Origin: Patescibacteria group bacterium
GTDB taxonomy: Bacteria > Patescibacteriota > Patescibacteriia > Patescibacteriales > UBA12465
Direction of reading: 5' to 3'
Assembly: GCA_038323715.1 (NCBI GenBank)
Contig: JBBQHF010000003.1
Location: forward strand, 22,489 to 86,488
Length of the DNA stretch: 64,000 nucleotides
Shown here: positions 36,271 to 46,283 of the stretch, piece after piece
Numbering within the stretch: the stretch's first letter is position 1
Layout of the letters: each line of letters starts with the position of its first letter
Position numbers and translations under genes: made by a program
The notes under the pieces: model-generated
What the model saw: only the letters and a program-made list of their open reading frames with translations
What the model was told of the DNA's origin: nothing
Database searches by the model: none

Positions 36271-36418
36271 GATTTAAAATTTTATTTGGTTATATATTGA
36301 AATGAACAATGATTGTGCTGTTTACTCTTACTAAGTAAGTGTTAGCAAATCATAAAAATTTAACATAAATAAATATTAGTGTCAACAAGACATAAACTTA
36401 AAAATAACCAAGCTTTAT

Positions 36419-36733
36419 ATGATACAACAAGCTATTGCTCTCGCCATCATCGCGATTTTTATCTGGAGTTTGAACACTCAAAGAAAGAAAAATAAAATTG
36501 GTAATAATGAATTTGTTTTTTGGTTAATTTTTTGGTGCTTAGGCGCTATTGCCGTCCTTCTTATCCGCCAAATTGATAAATTTACTAATTTTCTAGGGAT
36601 ATCGTCGGGAATTAATTTTTTATTATACATCGCCGCGATTGTTTTATTTTATTTAATTTTTAAGTTACGACTGACAATCGCCAAGCTTGATGCGAACCTA
36701 ACCGAGCTTACTAGAAAAATTACCCTTTCGTAA
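36419..36733 (+). CDS. Small membrane protein, DUF2304-like (glycosyltransferase-associated)
   Basis: 104 aa, 3 TM plus a C-terminal amphipathic helix. Its pattern and its context next to GT genes resemble DUF2304; by-eye call only. Confidence 0.5.
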   Translation: MIQQAIALAIIAIFIWSLNTQRKKNKIGNNEFVFWLIFWCLGAIAVLLIRQIDKFTNFLGISSGINFLLYIAAIVLFYLIFKLRLTIAKLDANLTELTRKITLS

Positions 36734-36777
36734 AATTTAAATCAGACCAAAAACGACTGGGAAAATAAAAAATAAAT

Positions 36778-37917
36778 ATGAAAATTGCCCAAATAGTTTG
36801 CGCCTTCCCTCCTTATGCTGGTGGCATCGGCAACAGTGCTTACCAACTTTATGAGTTATTATCAGATAACCATGAGGTGGTAAATTTTACCCCCGATAAT
36901 ACTCGGCCGCTTATTAGACGCGGGCATGGGGCTTTTATCCCTCAGCTATTATTTAAACTACATCGTTTTGACATCATTTATTTGCATTATCCATTTTTTG
37001 GGACCGCAGAAATCGTTTGGCTATTTAAAATATTTTTTAAAAAACCAAGGCTTATTATCCATTATCACATGGATGTAAAAAATATATCCCTAGCCACTAG
37101 AATCTTAAGCTTACCGAGCTTGGCAATCAGAAAATCTTTACTCAAACAAGCTGATGTGATTGTCACTGCTAGTTTAGATTATATTAAGCACAGTCAAATA
37201 AAAGATTTTTATTTTTCTCATCCCGAAAAATTTAAAGAGATTCCTTTTGGCGTTGACACGGAAAAATTTCAACCAAAGTCGGTTAACTTGCCCAGTGAAA
37301 ATAAAATGGTCGCCAAGACAAAAACTTTAGTTAAAAGAATAACGGAATTATTTATTAAAAAAAATAAAATAAATCTGATATTTATTGGTGGACTAGATAA
37401 GGCCCACTACTTTAAGGGGGTTAGTGTTTTACTTAATGCTCTGCCCAGACTAGAATTGCACCGCCTTAATTTGAAAATAGTCGGCAGTGGGGATTTACAA
37501 TCGGAATACGAAAATTTAGCCGCCAGACTTAATTTAAATAAACACGTGGAGTTCACGGGAAAATTAAATGATAAAGAATTAACGCGCGCTTTACAAAATT
37601 CAGACTTATTAATTTTACCATCCATAAATAATAACGAGGCCTTCGGACTAGTATTAATAGAGGCTTTGGCCTGCGGTGTGCCGGTGATTGCCTCCGATTT
37701 ACCAGGAGTAAGAAGCGTTTTTGAAGACGGAAAAGAGGGCTTGCTTGTTAAGCCCGGTAGTATTGAAGACTTAAATCGTAAATTAGAATATATTCTGAAG
37801 CACGAGAGTGTTAGGAAAAATATGTGTGTCTCCGCCAGAAGATTAGCACTTAGGAAATATGATAAAAAACTGATGAAACAAAAATATGAAGATTTGCTTT
37901 CTGAACAATCTATATAA
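36778..37917 (+). CDS. Family 4 glycosyltransferase
   Basis: 379 aa; C-terminal EAFGLVLIEALACGVPVIASDLPG...G..V is the GT4 signature. Confidence 0.88.
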   Translation: MKIAQIVCAFPPYAGGIGNSAYQLYELLSDNHEVVNFTPDNTRPLIRRGHGAFIPQLLFKLHRFDIIYLHYPFFGTAEIVWLFKIFFKKPRLIIHYHMDVKNISLATRILSLPSLAIRKSLLKQADVIVTASLDYIKHSQIKDFYFSHPEKFKEIPFGVDTEKFQPKSVNLPSENKMVAKTKTLVKRITELFIKKNKINLIFIGGLDKAHYFKGVSVLLNALPRLELHRLNLKIVGSGDLQSEYENLAARLNLNKHVEFTGKLNDKELTRALQNSDLLILPSINNNEAFGLVLIEALACGVPVIASDLPGVRSVFEDGKEGLLVKPGSIEDLNRKLEYILKHESVRKNMCVSARRLALRKYDKKLMKQKYEDLLSEQSI

Positions 37918-38947
37918 ACCATACAATCACGGCGGCGCAGAGAAGGTCGTGGAGGCGATGATGAAAACTCAGCAAAAGGCGGGTAACGAAGTTTTTTTAA
38001 TTACCACCAAACCGAAGGCGCCAGATCTCGGGGTAAATACTGATTATAAAACATTTTATATTACTTCCAATTTTTATAACCTCGGAGAAAAATGGATAAT
38101 CTTTCGTCTTTTCTGGCATATAAATAATTTGTTGTTTTTCAAAAAATATAGAGTCATTCGGGAAATATTAAAAAAAGAAAATCCAGATTTAATAATAACT
38201 CATAATTTAATGGGGCTAGGGATGGAGACTATGCGCGCTATCCGGAAAACTAGTATCTTACATCATCACTTTTTGCATGACATCCAGCTTCTTCACCCTT
38301 CAGGGCTAATGATGTTTGGACAAGAAAAAAAAGTTAATTCAAGCGTTGCTAAAATATATCAAGCAATTACCAGATTTATAATTAGCTCTCCCTATCTAGT
38401 AATTTCGCCATCGCGCTGGCTTTTAGACGAACATCTAAAAAGAAATTTCTTTAGCAAATCAAAATATAAAATCCAAACTCTGGATGAAATTTTTAGCAAT
38501 TTAAAATCAGCCAGTATTAAGCGTGTGCCTAAAAACCAGGCCGCCTCCAATAAACTACTGTTCGTGGGCCAAATAGAAAAACATAAAGGAATTCTTTTTT
38601 TAATAAAAGCCTTTATGAAAAAGGCAACGCCTGAGATGAGCTTAACAATTGCGGGAGACGGCAGTCTCATCTCGGAAATAAAAAAAATCTCTCAAAATGA
38701 CAAGCGCCTTAAAATTCTCGGACGCGTCACAACAGAAAAAGTTAAGAGTCTGATGCTAGAAGCCGATAAATTAATTATGCCCTCTTTATGTTATGAAAAC
38801 TATCCGACCGTTATCGTGGAGGCGAAGGCCTGCGGACTAGAGGTTATCGCCTCTAATATCGGCGGAATACCGGAAATGATAAGTGATAAGCATAAATTAT
38901 TCCAACCAGGAGATGGTGATGATTTGTTTAAAAAAATTAATACATAA
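37886..38947 (+). CDS. Family 4 glycosyltransferase
   Basis: 353 aa; MKICFLNNLYKPYNHGGAEKVV...; ENYPTVIVEAKACGLEVIASNIGG. It overlaps the upstream GT4 by 32 nt. Confidence 0.85.
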   Translation: MKICFLNNLYKPYNHGGAEKVVEAMMKTQQKAGNEVFLITTKPKAPDLGVNTDYKTFYITSNFYNLGEKWIIFRLFWHINNLLFFKKYRVIREILKKENPDLIITHNLMGLGMETMRAIRKTSILHHHFLHDIQLLHPSGLMMFGQEKKVNSSVAKIYQAITRFIISSPYLVISPSRWLLDEHLKRNFFSKSKYKIQTLDEIFSNLKSASIKRVPKNQAASNKLLFVGQIEKHKGILFLIKAFMKKATPEMSLTIAGDGSLISEIKKISQNDKRLKILGRVTTEKVKSLMLEADKLIMPSLCYENYPTVIVEAKACGLEVIASNIGGIPEMISDKHKLFQPGDGDDLFKKINT

Positions 38948-38964
38948 ATACTAGACTAAACACT

Positions 38965-38998
38965 AAAAAAATCGAACCACCAAGGGTTCGATTTTTTA
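38965..38998. terminator. Bidirectional terminator
   Basis: aaaaaa-atcgaacc/accaag/ggttcgat-tttttt between convergent genes. Confidence 0.8.
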
Positions 38999-39017
38999 TT
39001 TTCTAAATAATATTTAT

Positions 39018-40043
39018 TTAATACGAACTAAATGTATGTAATTTCTTTTGGGCTTTAATATCAAAGATAGTTTTTTTAAGACCATTCTCCAAAGTCACAA
39101 CCGGCATCCAGCTTAATTCATTACGCGCTAAATGAATATCCGGCAAAACTAATTCAGTCATAAACACCAAGTTATCAGTATGCATTATTTTTGATGTTGA
39201 CCCGGTCTCTTGAATAATAATATTAACTAAATCAATCATTTTAGCATCAACATCAGAACCAATATTAATCGGACCGGCTAATTCCGATCCCATTACTTTA
39301 AACACACCATCTAAGATGTCCTCAATATAGCAAAAAGAGGAAGAAAAATTTTCATCACCGCTAATAACAATATCTTTATCTTCCAGGGCGTTATTAATAA
39401 AATCAGGAATCATTTGGCCATCGCCCGATTGCATTCTGGGCCCATAGACACGAAACACCCTGATTATTTTAGTGTCTAAATTATAAATTGAACGATAAGT
39501 GGAAACAATCGTTTCTGCAAAACGTTTACCCTCATCATAAGCTGCTCGCACAGAAAGATTATCAACTAAACCGATATCCGACTCCCTGGCCTTAAAATTA
39601 GGATTATCTGAACGGCGAGGGCCATAAATAACCGATGAAGAAAAATGCAAAAATTTCGCATTATATGTAACCGCTATATCAAGCAGGTTTTTAACTACAT
39701 AGGTATTTGATTCTATAATAGAAATCAAATTATCCAAAAAATGAAGGGGCGACATCGGACAAGCTAAATTATATATTTCCTGAATTCCCTGAAATTCTAT
39801 TTTAAATTTCTTCAGTTCGGGCAATAAAGAAAAATCAATCGGCTTAGCTAAATCGTGATGGATAAACACAAAATCCGGGTTAGCTAACAAGTGGTCAATA
39901 TTGCGTTCATTGCCGGAAACAAAATTATCAACGCAAATAACCTTACAGGTTTTTACCAACTCATCACAAAGATGAGATCCAATAAAGCCTGCGCCGCCAG
40001 CAACCAAAACGTTCTTCTTATCAAAAATTATTTTCTTTGGCAT
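39018..40043 (-). CDS. NAD-dependent sugar-nucleotide epimerase/dehydratase (UDP-glucuronate decarboxylase-like)
   Basis: 341 aa; VLVAGGAGFIGSHLCDEL, YDEGKR, YGPRM motifs. Confidence 0.85.
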   Translation of the reverse strand: MPKKIIFDKKNVLVAGGAGFIGSHLCDELVKTCKVICVDNFVSGNERNIDHLLANPDFVFIHHDLAKPIDFSLLPELKKFKIEFQGIQEIYNLACPMSPLHFLDNLISIIESNTYVVKNLLDIAVTYNAKFLHFSSSVIYGPRRSDNPNFKARESDIGLVDNLSVRAAYDEGKRFAETIVSTYRSIYNLDTKIIRVFRVYGPRMQSGDGQMIPDFINNALEDKDIVISGDENFSSSFCYIEDILDGVFKVMGSELAGPINIGSDVDAKMIDLVNIIIQETGSTSKIMHTDNLVFMTELVLPDIHLARNELSWMPVVTLENGLKKTIFDIKAQKKLHTFSSY

Positions 40044-40047
40044 ATGT

Positions 40048-42072
40048 TTAATTATTTATTCTTATTATACCAGCATTCACGCCACCATTAAAGCTTTCTT
40101 CGTAAGCATAAAATGATTCCAGGATAATTCCATTGCCATCAAAAATTCTAACATGAGGCGCGCCCCCACTATTAGCCCCTAAAATTATTTCATTTATTCC
40201 ATCACCATTTATATCTCCGGCCGCTAAACTGGCTCCACTTTGCCAATTTTTGCCATACGCCAAAAACTTGGCTTTCAATTCTGCGTGGTTATTAAATATT
40301 TTAACTTGTGATTCTCTCCCTAGCCCAGGGGAGGTTATGATTTCAGCTTTATTGTGGTCCAAGCGACCATCTATATTTGAAACGACTACGTTAACTCCAC
40401 CTCTAAATTTCTTTTCATAGGCTAAAAAAATGCCAATCATTTTACCATCCATATTAAAAATTCTCACTTGCGGTTCACTTCCAGCGCCAAAGCCAACCAC
40501 TATTTCTGAGTCTCCCTTACCGTCAATATCACCAGCGGACACGCTTAGCCCCCCAGACCATTCTTTAGCCGTTGCAAAAAATTTAGTCTTTAAAGTACCG
40601 CGAGCATCGAAAATTTGAACTAAACCGCTACCCTTAGAGGCGGCGGTGACAATTATTTTTTTAGAACCACTGTTATCTAAACTAGCTAACGCGACATTTA
40701 GCCCGCCTTTAAAATTTTTGTCATAAGCGAGAAATTCAGTTATTAATTTCCCTTGCTTATTAATAATTTTAATTTTTGGTTCTTCACCACTAGCCGCGCC
40801 AATAACAATTTCTTCCTCTCCGTCGTCATTTATATCACCAGATGCAAAGCTGGAACCGCTCTTAATTGTCCCGGCGGGTAAAGAAAAAGTTTCGTTACCA
40901 CTCGCCGATGTAACCTTAATTTTCTTATTATTTGATCCGGGAACAATGATAATCCGACCTAAAGAACTATATAATTTTTCTTTAGCCAACTCTACCGCCC
41001 GATTAACATTTAAACGTCCATTACCTAGTTGCCCCAAATAATCAGGATTTAAGCGACTAATATTATCAGTTGAGGCAAATAAAATATCCACCGTTTCGCG
41101 ACGAGTTAAAGCTGGATTGGCTCTTTGAATTAAAGCTAAGGTCGCCGAAACTAAAGGAGCAGCCATAGAGGTTCCTGACCAATAACCATCATAATCCAAA
41201 GAAGCGCCAGGACGGTTCCCGTTAGTAACGGTATTAAAAAAACTTATTCCGGGAGCAGAAATATCAACACAACTAAAACCATAACTAGAAAATCTGGTTT
41301 TTTGATCAAGCGCATCAGTGGCCGCTACCCCAATCACCATATTTTCTCCGATAAGCTTACCATCATAGCAAGCGGGATATATTTTAGTTTTATCAATGTT
41401 GTAACCTTCTCCGGCCGCCTGTTCATTACCAGCCGCCGCCACAATCATTATGCCCGCTTGATGCGCTCTATAGATTGCTTCTTGAAGACCAGCACTATAA
41501 TTAAAACTAACAAAACTTAAATTAATAATATCAGCACCGTTATTAACCGCGTAATCAATCGCTTTAATAACATCGCTAACTCTTCCCTCTCCTTTATCAT
41601 TTAGGGCCTTAAGAGGCATAATCTTCGCGCGCCAAGTTACGCCAGCGACTCCCTGATTATTATTGCCACGAGCGGCAATAATTCCGGCCACCATTGTGCC
41701 GTGTGAAACTCCAGCCTCCGTCCAATCAGTGGCAAATTTTGGCGATGGGTCAGGAACGTTGGTAGCAAAATCCCAACCATTAATATCATCAATAAAACCA
41801 TTTTTATCATTATCAATTCCGTCTCCTTTTATTTCATCATTATTAACCCAGATATTTTCCGCTAAATCAGGGTGGCTAATCTGGACGCCAGAATCAATCA
41901 CCGCAATCACTGTTTCTGGGCTCTCAGAAACCTTTTCCCAGGCGCTATCTGCTTTAATCTTAGAGAGATACCACTGGTTACTAAAAAACGGATCATTAGG
42001 GGTCATCCCAGCTGAAACCGGCGCGGCAAGCGCGAAAAATATTATAAAAAAAGATGTTATGATTTTTCTCAT
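40048..42072 (-). CDS. Secreted subtilisin-like (S8) serine protease with C-terminal FG-GAP/VCBS-type repeat propeller
   Basis: Signal peptide MRKIITSFFIIFFALAAPVSAG, starting at ATG 42072. Catalytic triad motifs are VIDSGV, SHGTMVAG and GTSMAAP. The C-terminal ~270 aa (40051-40870) hold at least 5 repeats of GDI(N/D)xDGxxEI...P.V(R/K)IF...G......F.AY...F.GG. Confidence 0.88.
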   Translation of the reverse strand: MRKIITSFFIIFFALAAPVSAGMTPNDPFFSNQWYLSKIKADSAWEKVSESPETVIAVIDSGVQISHPDLAENIWVNNDEIKGDGIDNDKNGFIDDINGWDFATNVPDPSPKFATDWTEAGVSHGTMVAGIIAARGNNNQGVAGVTWRAKIMPLKALNDKGEGRVSDVIKAIDYAVNNGADIINLSFVSFNYSAGLQEAIYRAHQAGIMIVAAAGNEQAAGEGYNIDKTKIYPACYDGKLIGENMVIGVAATDALDQKTRFSSYGFSCVDISAPGISFFNTVTNGNRPGASLDYDGYWSGTSMAAPLVSATLALIQRANPALTRRETVDILFASTDNISRLNPDYLGQLGNGRLNVNRAVELAKEKLYSSLGRIIIVPGSNNKKIKVTSASGNETFSLPAGTIKSGSSFASGDINDDGEEEIVIGAASGEEPKIKIINKQGKLITEFLAYDKNFKGGLNVALASLDNSGSKKIIVTAASKGSGLVQIFDARGTLKTKFFATAKEWSGGLSVSAGDIDGKGDSEIVVGFGAGSEPQVRIFNMDGKMIGIFLAYEKKFRGGVNVVVSNIDGRLDHNKAEIITSPGLGRESQVKIFNNHAELKAKFLAYGKNWQSGASLAAGDINGDGINEIILGANSGGAPHVRIFDGNGIILESFYAYEESFNGGVNAGIIRINN

Positions 42073-42130
42073 ATAACACCTATATAATAACACACTATCT
42101 CTTTTTTACAAACCAAATAAATAACTAAAT

Positions 42131-43342
42131 TTAAGTGCTTAAAATCTCTTTTAAAGTTTCGCGAGCACATTTTTCCCAATTAAAATTTTTTACTCTTTCT
42201 GTGCCGGCGGCTGATAATCGCTGGCTTAACTCGGTGTCAGATATTAAACGGGCCATGGCATCAGCAATTGCTCTTTTGTCATTATGATTAAAATATAAAG
42301 ACGCCTCTCCAGCAACTTCTTTAAAGACTGAAATATCGGAAATAGCGGTCGGGACACCACAAGCCATAGCTTGTAGAATTGGGATACCAAATCCTTCATG
42401 TTTTGAAGGAAATATAAAAGCGCTCGCTCCATTAAAGATAAACGGCATATCAGCTTCTGCTACCCAACCAGGCATCAGCACGTCTCTGTTTAAATTAAAC
42501 TCTTCAATTACATATTTAACTTCATCATAACCAAAACTGGCGTCACCAATTAAAACCAGCTTTTGTTTTATCTCTGGATGATTATCGTGTAATATCGCTA
42601 AAGCTTCAATTAAAGCCGGGGTATTCTTTTTCTTTTCCAGGCGGCCGACATAAAGAAAGTATGGGGACTCTAAACCATATTTATCCAAAACCTCTTTTAT
42701 TTTTTCTTGGTCTCTATCTACCTTATACAAATCATTATTGTAACCATTGTGAACAACGGCAATCTTTTCCGGCTTAACTTTAGGATAAACATTAACTATT
42801 TCTTGTTTCGTAAAATTAGAAACAGTAATTATCTTAGCCGCTTTGCGAAGTGCAAAATCAGTAGACCAATAGAGATAATCTAAGGATTCCGAATGATATT
42901 TCCCAAGGGTAATAAGCCTGACAAGTAGTTCAATAATTTTTTTAGCCAAAAGTCTATCAGTTTTAACCGAAGCCGAACGATAAAGATGGCTGTCGCGAGC
43001 AAAGGCAATATCATGAATGGTGTTGATAGTCTTTTTAGGAAAGAATAAAGGCATGGTATGCGCTGGGATAAAAAGAACATCTGGACGATTGAAAATCATT
43101 TCTAAACTCAGTCTTCCTAGAGTCCAGAAAGACAGAAATGGCCAACGTAAAAATTTAAACGAAAAGTTTGGACTATCTTTGATGATTTCCTGCAACTCAA
43201 GCGAGGGCAAATCATTTAAATAAAGGAGATACTTATTTTCTTTATCTAGTTGGACTAAATTTTTTATTAAGTAAAAAGAGTACCATTCGGTACCAGTTTT
43301 TCTTTTTAAATTAGCTCTGGAGGCATCTATTCCAATAGTCAT
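42131..43342 (-). CDS. Family 4 glycosyltransferase
   Basis: 403 aa; EGFGIPILQAMACGVPTAISDISV. Confidence 0.88.
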   Translation of the reverse strand: MTIGIDASRANLKRKTGTEWYSFYLIKNLVQLDKENKYLLYLNDLPSLELQEIIKDSPNFSFKFLRWPFLSFWTLGRLSLEMIFNRPDVLFIPAHTMPLFFPKKTINTIHDIAFARDSHLYRSASVKTDRLLAKKIIELLVRLITLGKYHSESLDYLYWSTDFALRKAAKIITVSNFTKQEIVNVYPKVKPEKIAVVHNGYNNDLYKVDRDQEKIKEVLDKYGLESPYFLYVGRLEKKKNTPALIEALAILHDNHPEIKQKLVLIGDASFGYDEVKYVIEEFNLNRDVLMPGWVAEADMPFIFNGASAFIFPSKHEGFGIPILQAMACGVPTAISDISVFKEVAGEASLYFNHNDKRAIADAMARLISDTELSQRLSAAGTERVKNFNWEKCARETLKEILST

Positions 43343-43377
43343 AAATAAAGAGCGGCAGCCTATGGTTAGACTAGCCG

Positions 43378-44385
43378 CTATTTAGTAGCTAAAATGCTTC
43401 GTTTATATGAATCTAAATTATCTAAAGCAATCCCCGTGCCTTTAGCAACACAGAGCATGGCATCATCAGCCACATAAGCGGGGACCCCAGTTGTCCGAGC
43501 TATTAATTGATCCATGTTTCTAAGCAAAGAGCTGCCACCAGTAAGAACAATTCCTTTATCCATTATATCAGCCGATAGCTCTGGTGGTGTTTTTTGTAAA
43601 ACTTTTTTGGCAGCTGAGATGATTGCTTCTAGTTCATGTTGAATTGCTTCAGTCACATCATCGCTAGAAACAGTTATGCTCCGAGGCAAGCCGGTCACGA
43701 TATCACGGCCACGTACTTCCATATGAAGCTTATCTTCCATATATAAAGCCGAACCAATATTTATTTTAATTTCTTCAGCGGTTCTTTCACCAATTGCTAA
43801 ATTATATTTTTTTCTAACATATTCCAAAACCGCCGCATCAAATTTATTACCACCAACTCTAACCGAAGTTGAAGCAACGACACCGCCCAAAGAGATAACC
43901 GCCATCTCAGCAGTTCCTCCTCCGATATCAATTACCATGTGACCGGTGGCTGAGCCAATCGGAATATCAGCGCCAATCGCCGCGGCCACTGGCTCTTTAA
44001 TAATATAAGCGGCTTTAGCACCAGCAGCGATAGTCGCTTCAATTACGGCCCTTCGTTCGGTTGAGGAAATTCCGGCCGGAACGGCCACCATAACTTCTGG
44101 TCTAAATAGTCTTAATCCGCCTAAAGTTTTATTAATAAAATATCTAATCATCGCTTCCGTTGCCCGATAATCAGCAATCACGCCGTCTTTTAAAGGTTTA
44201 ACCGCCATAATAGTATCGGGCGTTCTGCCCAACATATCCTTGGCCTCATTGCCAACCGCTAAAATTTTCTTATCAGCAATAGAAACAGCGACCACACTTG
44301 GCTCATTTACAACAATCCCTCGCCGAGGCAAGTATACAAGCGTGTAGGTTGTCCCTAAATCGATGCCGATTTGTTTAATAAACAT
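43378..44385 (-). CDS. mreB: Rod-shape determining actin homologue MreB (paralog 1, detached from mreCD)
   Basis: 335 aa; IGIDLGTTYTLVY..., DIGGGTAEMAVISLGG, LTGGSSLL. Confidence 0.92.
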   Translation of the reverse strand: MFIKQIGIDLGTTYTLVYLPRRGIVVNEPSVVAVSIADKKILAVGNEAKDMLGRTPDTIMAVKPLKDGVIADYRATEAMIRYFINKTLGGLRLFRPEVMVAVPAGISSTERRAVIEATIAAGAKAAYIIKEPVAAAIGADIPIGSATGHMVIDIGGGTAEMAVISLGGVVASTSVRVGGNKFDAAVLEYVRKKYNLAIGERTAEEIKINIGSALYMEDKLHMEVRGRDIVTGLPRSITVSSDDVTEAIQHELEAIISAAKKVLQKTPPELSADIMDKGIVLTGGSSLLRNMDQLIARTTGVPAYVADDAMLCVAKGTGIALDNLDSYKRSILATK

Positions 44386-44448
44386 AAGGTATATACAGTA
44401 TTCTAACCCCTTAGAGGGCTGAAGTCAATTAAGGCCGGTTAAGTAATG

Positions 44449-44886
44449 TTAGTCCAGCATTTGGTCATCATTGTCTTCGTCGTCGTCATCATGATTTTTT
44501 TCACTATTATGAATAATTTTAATAACTTTTTCAGAAAATTCAAAAGTATCAAAATCATTTTTGAAGAAAACATAATCAGCGCCCATCTCTAAACTTCTTT
44601 GACGGCTATCTTCATCGCTTAAATCAGTAAAAATAAAAATTTCTTTATCATTTAATTCATCATCGGCTTTAATTTTTTTAATAATATCAAAACCATCAAC
44701 CTTAGGTAAAATTAAATCTAAAACAATATAATCGGGCTGGAACTCTCTCAAGTTATCCATTAGCTCTTCCGAATCTTCTTCCGCTTCACTGACCTCTACA
44801 TTCAAACCGGCGGCGGAAAATTGTGCTTCCAGGCCATATAAGATGTTGGCATCGTCTTCAACGATGAATATTTTTTTATCCGTCAT
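44449..44886 (-). CDS. Stand-alone response-regulator receiver (CheY-like) protein with poly-acidic tail
   Basis: 145 aa; IFIVEDD..., DYIVLDLILPKVDG (phospho-acceptor Asp), IFIFTDL; ends DDDDEDNDDQMLD. Confidence 0.85.
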   Translation of the reverse strand: MTDKKIFIVEDDANILYGLEAQFSAAGLNVEVSEAEEDSEELMDNLREFQPDYIVLDLILPKVDGFDIIKKIKADDELNDKEIFIFTDLSDEDSRQRSLEMGADYVFFKNDFDTFEFSEKVIKIIHNSEKNHDDDDEDNDDQMLD

Positions 44887-44908
44887 AATTTTAAATTAAT
44901 TATATCAT

Positions 44909-45874
44909 TTAACTTTTTATTTTTTTCCACCAATCAGTATTATTTTTATACCAATCAACTGTCGCCTTAAGTCCAGTAGAAAAAGAGTGGCGCGGGCTAA
45001 ATCCCAACTCTTCTTTAGCCTTAGAAAAATCAATAGCATATCTTAAATCATGTCCGAGACGATCAGTAACATATTCAATCATTTCCTCTCCTTTTCCCAT
45101 TAGGCTTAGTATTTCGTTCGTAATTTCTAAATTATTTTTTTCGCTATCACCACCCAAACAATAAGTTTCACCGATTCTTCCCTTCTTAATAATTAAATCT
45201 ACCCCGTAATTATGATCATCAACATGAATCCAATCACGAATATTTTTTCCGCTTCCATAAACTGGGACTTTTTTGCCCTCAATTAAATTAGTTACAAATA
45301 AAGGGATTAGTTTTTCTGGATGTTGATATGGTCCGTAATTATTAGAACAATTGGAAATAGTAATCGGTAATTTATGAGTATGGAAATATGCTCTAACTAA
45401 ATGGTCACTCGCTGCTTTGGAAGCGCTATAAGGAGAACGAGGATCGTAAGGAGTGGTCTCCTTAAATTTAGGACTAGCAAAATCTAAAGCGCCAAAGACT
45501 TCATCAGTGGAAACATGATGGAATCTAATTCCACCAGCCTTACGGGCCGCATCAAGTAAAACTCTGGTGCCCTCAACATTGGTTCTCACAAAGTCAAAGC
45601 TATCACTGATAGAACGGTCAACATGACTTTCGGCCGCGAAATGAACAATTAATTCTATTCCCTTGACCGCGTCAGCGACAACCGCGCGATCACATATATC
45701 GCCATGAACAAGCTCATAATTAGAATGATTTTCTAACCCCTTGAGATTATCCAAATTTCCAGCATATGTCAAAAGATCAAGATTTTTAATATTATCTTCA
45801 GGGTATTTTTCTAACCAATAACGAATAAAATTAGAACCGATAAAACCAGCGCCCCCAGTAACAAGGATATTCAT
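44909..45874 (-). CDS. rfbB: dTDP-glucose 4,6-dehydratase
   Basis: 321 aa; MNILVTGGAGFIGSNF..., STDEVFG, YSASKAASDHL. Confidence 0.92.
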   Translation of the reverse strand: MNILVTGGAGFIGSNFIRYWLEKYPEDNIKNLDLLTYAGNLDNLKGLENHSNYELVHGDICDRAVVADAVKGIELIVHFAAESHVDRSISDSFDFVRTNVEGTRVLLDAARKAGGIRFHHVSTDEVFGALDFASPKFKETTPYDPRSPYSASKAASDHLVRAYFHTHKLPITISNCSNNYGPYQHPEKLIPLFVTNLIEGKKVPVYGSGKNIRDWIHVDDHNYGVDLIIKKGRIGETYCLGGDSEKNNLEITNEILSLMGKGEEMIEYVTDRLGHDLRYAIDFSKAKEELGFSPRHSFSTGLKATVDWYKNNTDWWKKIKS

Positions 45875-45875
45875 A

Positions 45876-46271
45876 TTAATTTTGTATTTTACTTATTATC
45901 TCTTTTATATCCTCAGGGCCATATTTAATTTTTGGCCAAGGCTGGAGGTTATCCCCTGCTTGGCGAGGAATAATATGAAAATGAATATGAGGGATTTCTT
46001 GGCCAGCGACGGGGTCATTATTCTCAATAACATTATAACCAGAAATCTTTAATTTTTCTTTAAGTAAAGCGCCAACTTTTTTAACAGAACTTATAAGCGC
46101 ACTTAAATCTGTTTCGTCTATTGCTTCCAGGTTGGCATAATGCGCCTTAGAAATAACTAGCGTGTGGCCATAACTAACTGGTTGAATATCCAAAAAGGCC
46201 AAGGTCTTATCATCTTCGTAAATCTTATAACTAGGAATTTCGCCGGCAACAATTTTACAGAATATACACAT
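45876..46271 (-). CDS. HIT family (Hint-like) nucleotide hydrolase/transferase
   Basis: 131 aa; CIFCKI..., histidine triad HIHFHIIP. Confidence 0.9.
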   Translation of the reverse strand: MCIFCKIVAGEIPSYKIYEDDKTLAFLDIQPVSYGHTLVISKAHYANLEAIDETDLSALISSVKKVGALLKEKLKISGYNVIENNDPVAGQEIPHIHFHIIPRQAGDNLQPWPKIKYGPEDIKEIISKIQN

Positions 46272-46283
46272 ATAATTAATATA

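Noticed and set aside
38971-38992. A GGTTCGAT string resembling a tRNA T-loop; a possible tRNA was considered.
   Set aside because: It is one arm of a simple 8-bp terminator hairpin (atcgaacc/ggttcgat) flanked by A and T runs. No acceptor, D or anticodon arms are present. No convincing tRNA was seen in any intergenic region.
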